Notes: generated by a model not told the origin, from the letters alone. Counted from the first letter of the stretch, positions 14,601-28,400 are shown. The stretch is DNA of 64,000 bases from Octopus sinensis (GCF_006345805.1 NC_042997.1:93496001-93560000), one strand, 5' to 3'. Numbers and translations: made by a program.

Positions 14601-16335
14601 ACGTAGCACAAGTGAATGGACCTAATATGAGCATGTATCTGTCAGCTACTGAATGACAGCTGGTACTCAAGACAACCATGGGTTCATGGAGATACTTTGG
14701 TTGTCGGCAAGCTGGCAGAAACGTTAGCACATCGGACGAAATGCGTAGCCATATTTCATCTGCCGTTACATTCTGGGTTCAAATTCCGCCAAGGTCGACT
14801 TTGCCTTTCATCCTTTCGAGGTCGATAAATTAAATACCAGTTATGCGCTGGGGTCGATGTAATCGACTTAATTCGTTTGTCTGTCCTTGTTTGTCCCCTC
14901 TATGTTTAGCCCCTTGTGGGTAATAAAGAAACATATATTAAAGACATTTTTAAAAGACTTTACCAACTATGTAATTTATGAACCTTTCCAATCAAATTAA
15001 GTAAGCTATGGAATATCTTCTCTGTTTTTATTTATTAGCATCATCTTGCATATTTTGCCTCCATTGTTTAAAGGATTTTAAAACATTTGTATTTTTTATA
15101 TATATGAATGTATAGAAGTTTATCTATAACTAATCTTTTTTATCTCTTCAGACCGAACAGTGATTATGTCAACACATCACTTGGATGAAGCTGACATTCT
15201 TAGTGACAGAGTTGCTATTCTTCACAAAGGAAAATTACTTTGTTGTGGATCCACGCTGTTCTTGAAAAGACATCTTGGAAAAGGCTATTGCTTATCACTC
15301 GTGAAAAATACACCACCACTTTCCGTATGTATAAATTTTGTATATTTTTGATTTGAATCAGAAATTACAATTCGGATACATTCATTCAGCGTCAAAGTAT
15401 TACTGACTGTAAAAGTTTGGTGAATAGCTGTTGTCATGTGTAGAACTGATTCAGATGCCAGCTGAGTTCATTATGAAGACAGCTCTGCTGCTTTCCCTTG
15501 ACTAGGTAAAGCAAGTAGTTTTCATCTGTCTAGTGTCAGTTATGGAAGAAGATAGTGTGGTGAATGTGATTGAAAGGAGTAATAACAGGCATTTTCCTGT
15601 CCAGTTAACTTTTTCAAGTTCATTTGGAAAGAAAAACGAACGTAGACAAGGAAGTGATAATTCATATGTAAATTCATTGAAAGGTTGATGACAGTTGTGA
15701 ATGTGGCACAAGTGAATGGATCTAATATGAGCATGTATCAGTCAGCTACTGAATGACAACTGGTACTCAAGACAACCATGGGTCCATGGAGATACTTTGG
15801 TTGTCATTAGCCTATATTAAAGACATTTTTAAAAAACTTTACCAACTATGTAAAAATCCAATTGCATTTTATTTTTCATTTCTCATTCAATTTTATGTAA
15901 CCTGTCCTTCATTTATTACAATATGCTCTTCATTTATTACAATAAGATTAATGAACTGGTTTACCATCCAAATAGATGATTTTCAAACTGCATTTTTGTT
16001 GTACTCCAAGAGAACCGTAATAACTCTGGCAAACAAGAGACTCACTATCTAGCTAAGAATTGACTGAATTACAATAGAAAGCATATGCTCTTCCAGCCTT
16101 TAAAATATTTGTTTCTAATAACAAAATAAATGATTGAATATACAACATTTTTCTTCTTAGAAAATTAATTTTAAAAAATATTCATTTCAATTTCTTTGGA
16201 ATAAGTATATATATACAAATATATAATATATATACATGCATATATTGAGAAGTATAATGCTTGAAACTCTTGGCTCTCATTTCACTTATGAACCTTTCCA
16301 ATCAAATAATACACACACACACATACACACACTCA

Positions 16336-16381
<46 letters not shown>

Positions 16382-16931
16382 CACACGCACACACATACAT
16401 ACATATACAAGGGGTTCTGAAGAGTTCCTGACTTTAAGTGTACTGCAAAAGGCCTGGTTGGGGACCCAAACTTCTGAGTTCTTTTACAGGGTTTAGAAAA
16501 ACTGAAGGACTTCTGCAATAAGTGTGTGAATCTGAGAATATGTTCATTAAAATCATATTTAACTGATGCTCCTGTATTTTCTTTTACCCAAAGACAGGAA
16601 CTTTTCAGCATCCCTTCATGTGTGTGTGTGTGTGTGTGTGTGTATACATATATCATAGTGGGGCAGACCAATTTATAGGGTTACCCTGGGTTTCTTGCTC
16701 ATAAGGGATTTAGCCTTACAGTGTATCTTCAGACCCCAAACACTGCCGGATTAAAACTTAGGGTCTCAGTTCAGCAGTGTTTGCGGTCTGAAGATATGCT
16801 GTAAAGCTAAACCCCTTATGAGTGAGAGACTCAGGGTAAACCCATAAACCGACTTACCCCACTATAATATTAACTGCTCTACATCTTAGAATGTGCTTCT
16901 CCTCCAGATTTATGTATTTCTACAAACGATC

Positions 16932-16982
<51 letters not shown>

Positions 16983-19900
16983 ATTAAGTTTGAGGTTTAT
17001 TTGTAACTTGTAACAGGTTTAACTTGCTGCAATTGTTGGATATATTACCATTCTCTTAGCAGATGTAAAAACCATGTTGTTAGGGTTATTTATTTAGAAG
17101 GAATTAACTGCAAAACTAAAGTTAACTTAATTTTCTTTACTAATCTATGAGGCACTAATCAAACAACAATAGTTAGAAATGTCTACAAAATGAATGTATT
17201 CTTCAAATTTCCATTTTTCTTTTCTAGGGTTCTGCAAATTCACTTACAGCAAGTGGTAAGTAATGCTTTCAGATTTTCTTAGCATTTTAGGAAAATGTTT
17301 TACCACTTTATAAAAATCATTAGAGTGTTGAATAGAGTACAAACTGTTTCTGAAGTAAATGAAATGAAGTAAAAGTACTTACTTTGATTAGTATTCCTAT
17401 AAGGCATCTGAGATGTTAATATAATTTAAAATGAAAAGAAAAAATAATAAAAAGAATAGTTTGGTTTACTAGCAATCCAAAATCAGTGTAAGATTGTAAA
17501 TTATTTCTCAGTTTACCAGACTGGTAAAATTTTACCTCTTGAGAATGATACAGACCAGCAAGTAACAGCTGTGATTTAGTTTCAATTCCCAGAAAATTGG
17601 TTTGTTTCTCAATAAAAAAAATACTTTAGTATTGGGACAGGTAGACTGAGCAATAAAGTTATGAAAAAATCAGGTGAACTATCCTACTAAAGAATTAGTA
17701 TCAAGCTACAAGCTACAGTAGCATCGGCCCTTAGTGGTTAGCCACATTTAAGTGGTAAATATACTTCACAATTAGTATCAAGTTTGTGTTGTAAGATCTT
17801 GGGAGTAAAATTCAAAACACAAGTTACCTGCTAGCAGCAACTACCCAGAAAGCAAAGGTTTCCATCTATGGACTTGCCTTTAAAACATAATTTAAAAGAT
17901 AAAGCCATCAGTGATACTTTTATACCAATGGGTCTTGAGATATTTTCATTTCAGAATTAATTTCATAAATGTAAAGAGTTACATTATTGTAATATGAATA
18001 CATATGTCAATCACAAAATAATTATAACATTAAATGAATTGAGAGACCTTTGGGGAATATGCCTTGCTAATTTTATTCCAGAGTTCATAAAATATTTTTT
18101 TTAAATTACATTAATGAAATATATATATATTCCTCTAGATTTTTTCCCTCATTAAAATATTATCAACACTTACTCTGTAAAATAAGGCATGTAAAATCAA
18201 AGACTGTACATACAAAATAAAAATCACTCATTTTCAATTTAGAAAGATAAACAGAAGAGAAATCAGAGCAGTCTAATTTAATTTTCTTTTTGTTAACATA
18301 ACCAATCTGGAATACCAAATTATTTATTATATTATAACTTGTGAAGTATTCATCTGTGTTATATAATATTAAGAATTTAAGTGATATATATATATATATA
18401 AGTTGTACATAGTATTGTAAACATATTCGTAAACATATTCATAAACATTACAATATAAAGTGACACCATACCATAACAATCTTGATTTTAAAGTTTTATA
18501 TGACTAATTGTAGTACATCATACCTGTAATTAAGGTTGCTTCCTTTTTGCTTCCTTTCTTTTTATTTTTCATATATATTATATATGTATATTACAGATTC
18601 TTTTGATGCTCAAAAAACACTGGATTTTATTTCCAAATATATCCCGGGACCTGAAATCTCTGAAAACTTCAGTGAAGAAGCAACTATTCTTTTGCCTGCA
18701 GATGAAAAGATAAGAGGAAACTTCTCTGCTTTCTTTGAAGATTTTGATGACAACCTCAATAAACTTGGAATTAAAAACTATGGCATATCTGACACAACTT
18801 TAGAAGAGGTAATGAAGCACTTTTAGTTAAACAAAATTCTAATCTTGACAACAAAGAATTATAGCATGGCTGGTATTTCATAAATGGTGACGTAGTGACT
18901 ATTTCACTGTTATAATTACCATCACTATCATCACCAGCATCATCATCATCATCATCATCATCATCCTCATCATTATCATCATCACCATCATCATTAGCAG
19001 CACCATCTACAACAACATTATATTATTATAGTCGTCAATATGCCTTTTTCTCTGTTGGTATGGTATTTGTGCATTTCATAACATCACTGGTTTCAATCTT
19101 TTTTGTTATCTCATCTGAGAGACACAACATTTTGAAGCCATAAGATTTCATTCTTTATCTTCTTTTGGTCTTCTTCTGTCCAGCACACAGCATATTTTCA
19201 TACATTTCTCACCTTCCATTCACACCTCATTTTTCTACTATCACAGTTTATCACCTCTGCTGATAGCTTTAATGACTGACCACCTATATTTTCTGCTTTC
19301 CTACATACTGTCTTTGGTGTGAATTAGCATTACACTTCCAACAAATCATATTATTGGTTAATAAAATACATTTGTCCCACTTTCTAGGTGTTCCTCCAAG
19401 CACGTGAACTCTCTAATGCAGGCTTACCAATGACTCCTGAAAACATGAAGTCTACATTACTGGATGATACTAAAATGTCTGCAAGATCTGAAAGTCATCA
19501 GAGTTTAGAGTCCCAAGACATAAATGAATTTAACTCAGGTGAGTTTTCTAATACATTATATCACCCTGTTTTAGTAAATATTATAGCATCATTTTAGAGC
19601 CAGTTTGTAAAACATTCTAGTAATCAACATATGGTAGGGAAGATTAATTTAACACTTTAACTGATATCAACCCATATTAGCATGGAAAGCAGACGTTAAA
19701 CGATGATGATGAATGATACTCTGAAAAGCTGCAAGCTGACAGAATGATTATAACACCAGACAAAATGCATAGCAGTATTTCTTCCAGCTTTATGTTCTGA
19801 GATCAAACTCTGCCAAAGTTAACTTTGCCTTTCATCCTTTTGATGTCAATGAAATAAGTGCCAGTTGTGGTGTATGCGAGAGATTCGAAATAAGGACACC

Positions 19901-20931
19901 TACCTTCTCTTCGCTCGACAGAGACCTCTCAGTGGTAATGGACCCTTCAATGCAGCCCGACCCAAACACTAGAAATAGCAGCTGCTTCTCCCCTACCTTA
20001 ACAAGGTGCTCACATGTCTGACTCCCTCGGTTACCTCGATCGAAAAGGCCCCAATGCTCCCTGCCTGTGGGAGTGTCACTGCTGTCCCTTCCTCTTCCGG
20101 TCAGCCCCAAGTTCCCATCAGCTTCCCAGCTGCTGACGTCATCCCACACCAGTCAACGAGACTCTTACCCTAAAATTTCAAGTCTAGAAAGAATCAATAG
20201 TACTCTGAAAAGTAAATGCATCTACAAGCATCTTGATCTAGAATTGAAGCTCACATCTCCTACTGCCCTGATTAGTACATTAACCTTGCCCGGGAAGTAT
20301 ATTAAATTTTATATTGCCAGAGCATTTCATTAGAATTCAAGTATTACTATACCAGGACATTTTCAGTTATTTTACTGCTAGTATGGCACTATCCCAACAC
20401 TGTAGTAGTTAGTACACTTGCCTAGTCTGCAGAAGGTTATCAGTCATTGTAGTGTTGGATTACCTGTTTACAAATGGATATAAGAATGAATGTGTAGTTG
20501 AGATTTTTTTTTTCAACCACATGGTTTCCAAGTTTACTCACAATATGCAACATCTTGGACAGGTGCCTTCTACCACAATATCAGGTTGCCCATTACCTGG
20601 AGGTGAAATTTAAACCTGAAACTAAGCAGCAGCTTCATCATGACTATCATCATCACTTAATGTCCGTTTTCCATGCTGGCATGAGTTGTACAGTTCAACA
20701 GGAACTGACAAAAGCTGGAGGGCTGTACCAGGTACCAATCATCTGTTTTGGCTTGGTTTCTACAGTTGGATGCTCTTCCTGATGTCAACTACGTAACAGA
20801 GTGTACTGGATGCTTTTTACATGGTACAAGAATAGGTGCTTTTACATGACACTGGCATGGAGTACCAAAGCCTGTCGTATATATATATGTATTTATGTAT
20901 GTATATATGTGTATATATATATATATGTATA

Positions 20932-20989
<58 letters not shown>

Positions 20990-23900
20990 TACATGCATAT
21001 ATGTATATATATGTTTATATATACATGTATGTATGTGTGTGCATATATTCATGCATATGATGTGTGTATGTATTTATTTATCTGCCTGTTTATATATATG
21101 TGTGTGTGTGTGTGTGTATGTATGTTTTTATATATATGCATGTTTATATATATATTTATGTGTATACACACACACACATAAACTTACTTATATATATTTT
21201 TTTATACATATATGTATGAGTATAAATTTCACTAAAGTGAAACAATGAAGGATGCAAACATTGGCAAATTCTTTGGACAAAGAATTCCTTTACCATGTAT
21301 GTTCTACATTGAGTTGGTGACAGTCACTTATCATTTTCACAATGAGAAATGCAATGAACCAGTAATAGTTTCATTAGAAACCTGTGGTTAACAATTCTAT
21401 TTCATTGGTTGCAATTTAATTGTGACCCCCTTCAGTCGTGAATGACCGTGGGATTGCAGCTAGAAAGTTACCCTCTGAGGCACAAGTCTATGCAAGGTTG
21501 TTTATGGATGACCAGCAGTCACCCATGCATACCAGCTTCCCTTCTCCACTCCACCGATGTTATCCGAGGGAAAGGCAAAGGCCAATACAGCTTGGCACCA
21601 GTGACGACGCAGCTTATTTATCAACATGCAAGTGGCTGAGCACTCCACAGACATGTGTACCCTTAACGTAGTTCTCGGGGAGATTTAGCATGATACAGAG
21701 TGTGACAAGGCTGGCCTTTTCAAATACAGGTACAACAGAAACAGGAAGAAAGAGTGAAAGTTATGATGAAAGAGTACAGCAGGGTTCACCACCACCCCTT
21801 GCTGAAGCCTCGTGGAGCTTTAATTGTTTTCACTCAATAAACACTCCCAATGCCCAGTCTGGGAATCGAAACCACGATCCTACGACTGCAAGTCCGCTGC
21901 CCTAACCACTGGGCCATTGCGCCTCCAAAAAATATGGAATACTTCACGAATTTGCATGTCATCCTTGCACAGGAGCCATGCTAATCTTCTCTGCATCGTT
22001 CCAATTTTAGAATATGTACTGCCATAGCTAGTACAGTTGCAATATAATATAAATAAAATAAATGTATACCAATAGTTGTATTTTTTTTAAATCATACAAA
22101 TTATTTATAATGTAAACTTTGATGCATAATTAATCCCCATAATATTTCCAAGATCATTTTTATTTTTCAGCTTTGGACATATCATCAAAAGTGAGCTATG
22201 AATCAAATAATTTTACAGCCTTCCTTACTTTGATTCAAAAACGTGCCAGTCACTACCGACGCAACTGGAAGATGGCTATCTCTGTGATTTTGCTTCCTTG
22301 TATTTTCTTTGCAATGGCTGTTGGCTTTTCCAAAATAGCACCTAAAAATGATTACAAACGTCTCCGTCTTTCCCCTGCATTATACGGACCAAACTCTTAC
22401 ATGTTTTACAAGTAAGTAACTTTGGAACATTAAAATGTTATTCTTACAATCTTAATATTTTTACTTTGTCTTAGGAGCTTCAATAATGAGGAACAAATAG
22501 ATTGATATTCTTTGTCTCCGCAAAAAGAAGGATCAGGGATAGTTTCTTCATCTTTTTACTTGTTTCCGTCATTGAACTCCAGCTATGCTGGGACACCACC
22601 TTGAAGGGTTTTAGCTGAACAAATCGATTCCAGTACTTATGGGTTTTTTTGGGGGGGGGTTAGTCATGGGTTAATTCTGGTACTTATTCTAACAATATCT
22701 TTTGCTGAGCCGTTAAGTTCTGGGGATGTAAACAAACCAGCACTAGTTATCAAGCAGAGGTGAGGTACAAACACAACTTCCACACATGTATTCACACACT
22801 CACACACTCAAACACACACACATGACAGGCTTCCTCGCAGTTTCCATCAACTGAATTCAGTCACAAGGCATTGGTTAGCCTGAAGCTATAGTAGAAGACA
22901 CTTGCCAAAGGTGCTGCATAGTGGAATTGAACTGAAAATCATGTGGATGCAAAACAAAGTGCTTAACCAGACAGCCATGCCAGTGGCAACTTTTTTTTAT
23001 TGTATTAAATATGATTTGTCTAATATCTATATTTTCAGAGATAAAGTGGGTGATTTGTATGGAAAAGATTTACTAAAATGGATCAGTCATTCACCTGGTG
23101 TTGGTACAACATGTATGTCAGACACTGCTTCAAATCTTGAGTATGTATTTTACTAAAATTTAATATATTTCAGTATTCAAAGTTAGCTGCAGCTGCTATT
23201 TGTGAAATGATATTAACTCTAAAACTTAACAATTACTACAGTCAGTTATTATTACATTTTAAAGATATCCTTTTAAAATATCATTCATATGTTCAACAAT
23301 ATTAATTTTATCAATTACTATAGTCACTATTGTTACATTTTAAACATACCCTTTAAAAAATAGCCTTCATATGTTCTTATTCTTTATAATAAATTTAATA
23401 TCATTTCTGAAACATATTTCAGAGAGCCATTTGAATGTAAACCAGCAGAGACAGTTTTCAAAAGACCCAAATATCAGAAAGACCTAATGAACAAAACTGA
23501 AAAATGTGAATGTGAAAATTTCCGGTTCAAATGTTCTAAGTATGCTTCTGGTATCCCACCAACTCAACTACAACTAAACTCAACAGATTTCCTGCAAAAC
23601 CTGAACTCAAAGTCAATGCCAGTCTCAGAGTACCTATTAGAAAGCTACATGAAATTCCGCAAGAAAAGGTATAAATAACTAGATTCTCTTTCTCATTAAG
23701 GTGGAAATTTGTTCTTCCATTTCAATAATTTTCCACAGATATTCCACCAGAAAAATTACTCTTAAACTTGTTTGCATCATCATCGTCATCATCATCATCA
23801 TCGTCGCTGTCATCGTCGTCATCATCATCGTTGTCATCAACTGCAATAGCAGTAGTATAACAGTCATCATAACTGCCATCACCATCATTATGACAACTAA

Positions 23901-25373
23901 CAGAACCATCATAAGTTCAAGCAATTTCATGATGGAAGAGCCATTCCACTGTGGAGTGGTGTCAGTGACCAGGTCACAGCTGTGCAACAAAAATGTTGAC
24001 ACCTCGTGAAATAAATTTAAATTGATTTAACAGATCTGCATATGTTATTCAATGGTTAGAATTACTCCAACAGTGTAACTGCTTCACCTTCAACAGTCTC
24101 AAATAAAGTCACTTGCAAAACAAGTGCAAATGGGCCATTCTTGCATGACATATGTGACAGTGAGTAACACAATCTGTGAAATATGTAAGCTGTAAATCTT
24201 GAACACTTACAAGAATTATATTGATTCCTATTTTAAAACTAAGTCTGACTACCCAGAAAAGTATTAAAAAATATTTATCTGGAATTTCTGTTTAGTGCCT
24301 TTTTAAGAGAATCCAAAAAGAGCAATGTATGTGGTGTTGCACAAAATAAATTTTTTTCTCCTTAAAATATTAACTTCTAATTCTCCTGAATTTCCCCAGA
24401 CAGGCATAAGAAGCCCCACAATATTTATTTACATTGATTTTAAATTTCAAAAAAGCTGAGTTTGCTGACTAACAATATTTGAGGCCTCAATGTTGATTTA
24501 TATGAGTATGACATGCATGACAAAAATGGATGTAATATTTTCTCATCTTCTAAACAGTGTAGATCTGGTGGTAATTATCCCAATATTGATATCTGGCCAG
24601 TCAAAAAGGTATCATTTCAACATACCTTTACAATTATATAATTATTTTCCTGGGTATTCTAAAAGTGGTGGAAAACTTGTTTTGGTTTAACTTTGATGAG
24701 AAATGTACAACTCCAAACTTTGGTAATCTCTTTCTTTTATTTTTATAATAATTTTTATTGATAATGTCTATTTTGATAATTTGTTTATTGTTACAGGTAT
24801 GGTGGATGGACTTATGAAAGAAATAGCAACAACAAAGATAAGAAACAGGTAACAGTGTGGTTCAACAATAAAGGTCATCATTCAATGCCAGCTTTTCTTA
24901 ATGGTTACTCTAATGCAATCCTGAGAACAGAAGTAGCAAGGAACAAGTTTGGGAACCCAGAAGAATATGGTAAACAGGAACTTTCTTTTTACTCTGTTTA
25001 TTTCTCTCTTGATTATGACAGCTGACATTTGTTGCAATGTATTTACATACAACCTGACAATATATGAAGGAGAGCTTGATAGGAATGAATAAATATTGTT
25101 GCATGAGCCACTCTGAGCAAGTCCTTTGTCTTTCAGCCATGTACCATTTATTATAATAATAATCCTTTCTGCTGTAGTCAATTGCATTGGCCCCAGTGCA
25201 TAACTGGTACTTATTTCATCGACCCCGAAAGGATGAAAAGCAAAGTTGACCTCAGCAGAATTTGAACTCTGAATGTAAGGATGGATGAAATGCTGCTTAG
25301 CATTTTGCCCAGAATGCTAACAATTCTGCCAGCTCACCATCTTTCTGATAATGCTAATCATAATAATAATAAT

Positions 25374-25404
<31 letters not shown>

Positions 25405-25416
25405 AGAGGAAGAAGA

Positions 25417-25495
<79 letters not shown>

Positions 25496-28400
25496 CTTGA
25501 GAAAAAATATATGGAGAGAATGTATCAGAAAAATGTAGAGCCTGTGCAACTTGGATTGAAACAGTGGCGCACATTGTGAAAGAATGCCCCAAGCTGACAC
25601 AGGAAGAATATAAGAAATATAGGTATGACCAGGTTGTAAAAGTTTTACACTGGAAACTGTGCTAGAAATGAGGATTTGAAGCTGGTAACACATGGTCAAT
25701 CATCGAGTTGAAAGAGTACTAGAGTTGGAGAAATGTAAGATTTTGTGGGACTTTCCAATTCAAACGGATAAGAAATTAGAAAACAATAGACCAGATATTA
25801 CAGTCATAAATAAGGAGAAGCGAAGTTGCTTACTTATCAACCCATCATACCCATTTGATTCCAGGATCATAGAGAAAGAGGAAAAACACAAATAAGTACA
25901 ATCCCCTAAAGTTTGAAATAGGAAGAATTTGGAGCATGCAAACAGTAAAGGTCATGCCTATAATAATTGGTGCTCTGGGAACAGTAAGCCTAGATATAGA
26001 TAAATGGCTGAGGGAGATTGAAATAGAATGCCTGGTAGAGCCCCTACAGAAGTTTGTGTCTTAACGACAGCAAGGATTATCAGGAGAGTTCTAAGCACTT
26101 GAAAGACTGCTGAAAACTTGTGGATACCTAAGGTTACAGGTAGTAACATGTTACCATCATAATCCCTACTAGGAATAAGACCAAACTTGAGACAAACCAA
26201 AATAATAATAATAATAATCTTTTCTACTAAAGGCACGAGGCCTGAATTGAGTGGGGGGGAAGATGGGGATATGGGGCAAGTCAACTACATCGACTCCAGT
26301 GCATAACTAGTACTTATTTAATCGACCCAAAAAGGCTAATACTAATTATAATAATGGAATGATTTAAAACATTTAATTATTTTATTGAAAATCTACTTGT
26401 ATAATCTATCCTCCAAGCAACATTATTCTCAGAATTTTCCCAGTTGTACCAGCTCAGTCTGTTAACTAGCCCTTTAATTATACTTTTATGGTTTTTAAAT
26501 TGAGGAGGAAATAAAACTAAAACTACAGCAAACTAAGACATTTTAATGACAGAACAACACCATGTTTGAATATAAATTTGTCAGTTTTTGTTGTTTTTTT
26601 TAAGTAGCTTGTATATTTTATGAGACTCATTCTAAAATCATTGTATTTCTATATCTCTAACAGGAATTTCAGCTTTTAACAACCCAATCCAATTGTCAGT
26701 CAGTACTTTGAATGAGGAATCTATGTAAGTGAATGCTCTCTTTTTATTTAGAAAATAGTCTCTGAAATCTCTCAGATGTTCAGATATTGATAGAATATTG
26801 AATAAGTGTTATTACATTTGAAGCTGTGACTAAACTGTCTGTCCACCACTTTCTTGTAGGAACAATAACAATTAAGCTATATATATAAAACTATATTCAT
26901 TACTTGTAAATGAGTGATTTGGCAGTGTGTACTATGCTTTTGTTAAGTATTTTAAGTGCTTTGTAATCACAAGCAGAGAAAGACATTCTTTCAGTCCTTC
27001 AACATTTCACCCAGCAGAACATGAAGGATGACCTGCTGACTGCATTTTCTTTTAGTTATTTTCCTCTAGGCTGCCTTGATGAAAGAGTTTATATCATGGC
27101 TGACTGATTTGCAATCAATAACTTTGACTGGTCAGCTTATTGCTGGTGTAATCATCTCTTTGATGAGTATTCCACAAGCCTCCAGTGATTAGCCTATTGC
27201 TGGTTTTGTTAATCTATTTGAGATGCCTACCTCTTCATCACAAATATCTTGACTGGAGATAAGAACTCCTGACTTCAAAACTAGGTAGAAACATTTTTCA
27301 TGTGATGTTTGCTAACTACTAGATTTTGCCCAAATTCAGTCTACTTATCAAATTTCTAATGAATGTCAAAATAAGATTTTTCTTTTACTTACAAATTTAT
27401 TTCTGTTTACCTGTCACAAACCTCTCCTCAGACATTTTAATTAAATAAATTTAACAGTTGTACTCAAAATATTTTCTATGAAAGTTCTCTCAATATATTT
27501 TGTAATATTATGAAGCAAACATTTCAGATACTTTTCCGATGACTAACTCCACCTTTACATTTTATTGGTTACTTACATAAATTTTACCCTTGAAGAGATA
27601 CTGGCTCTACTTAACCATAGCAACAAGAACAACAGCAATAGAATTTCATTAAAATATTGATTCTTTTTTCTCTCGTAACAATCACAAATATCTTTGAAAT
27701 TATTATGAAGAATATCAAATAATAAATATCAATCACTTAAAATTATTCTTATGAATAATTTTATTACTTTGGTGAATTCATATCAAGTAACAATCTTCTC
27801 TTTTGTATTTCAGTTTATTCCATGCATCTGAGACAGCCATCAGTTTGATTATCTTACTGGCAATTAGCTTTATCCCAGCAGCTTTCAGCATTTATTTGGT
27901 CAAAGAAAATATCAGCTCAGAGAAATACCTATTTATTATAAGTGGGGTGAAAACACCTATCTATTGGATGTCTGCATTCATCTGGGACTTAGTAAGTATT
28001 GCAAGTTGTTTATGCACATTCAGTCACAAAAATACTCATCATTATACATAAATGATTTTATGTACATATGTAAGTGTTTGTGTGTGCGCATGTGTGTGTG
28101 TGCATGTGCAGATGTATGTGCATGCATGCATTTTGTTAAACTTAACAACACTAAAAATATTTAAATCTAATGTTTAATATTCATATTTAATAAAATATCA
28201 ATTTTATTTTATTTAGATCGTGTACTGTCTTTCCTTGATAATAATTGTCATTATTCTGGCTATATTCAAACTGGACAGTTTCTGGATACGAGACAATTTT
28301 TCTGCTACTATTCTTTTAATTTTCTTATTTGGGTGAGTAACCAAACTGGCAACTTTTTGCTGTTTACACATTAATATATAAATATGAGGTTTGCATACAT

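Larger units (their letters stand above)
14599..16306 (+). repeat. Local direct duplication flanking exon 12 (14599-14997 versus 15699-15860 plus 16285-16306)
   Basis: GCACAAGTGAATGGA.CTAATATGAGCATGTATC... is shared; each copy carries a different insertion. Confidence 0.8.

Noticed and set aside
20789-21248. ORFs rich in YI/CV/HT/II repeats (also 8405-8784, 23679-24009, 25281-25699, 45002-45208, 60523-60887)
   Set aside because: Translations of microsatellites and trinucleotide tracts.
21850-21926. tRNA genes at SINE heads (also 13330-13402, 42040-42116, 8435-8520, 40915-40975)
   Set aside because: A/B-box-like heads run into SINE bodies and lack a complete cloverleaf.
21927-22034. Functional U6 snRNA gene
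   Set aside because: ACAGAGA box is mutated, several CpG-type changes are present, no recognisable upstream promoter, and the copy is enclosed in a TSD with a SINE.
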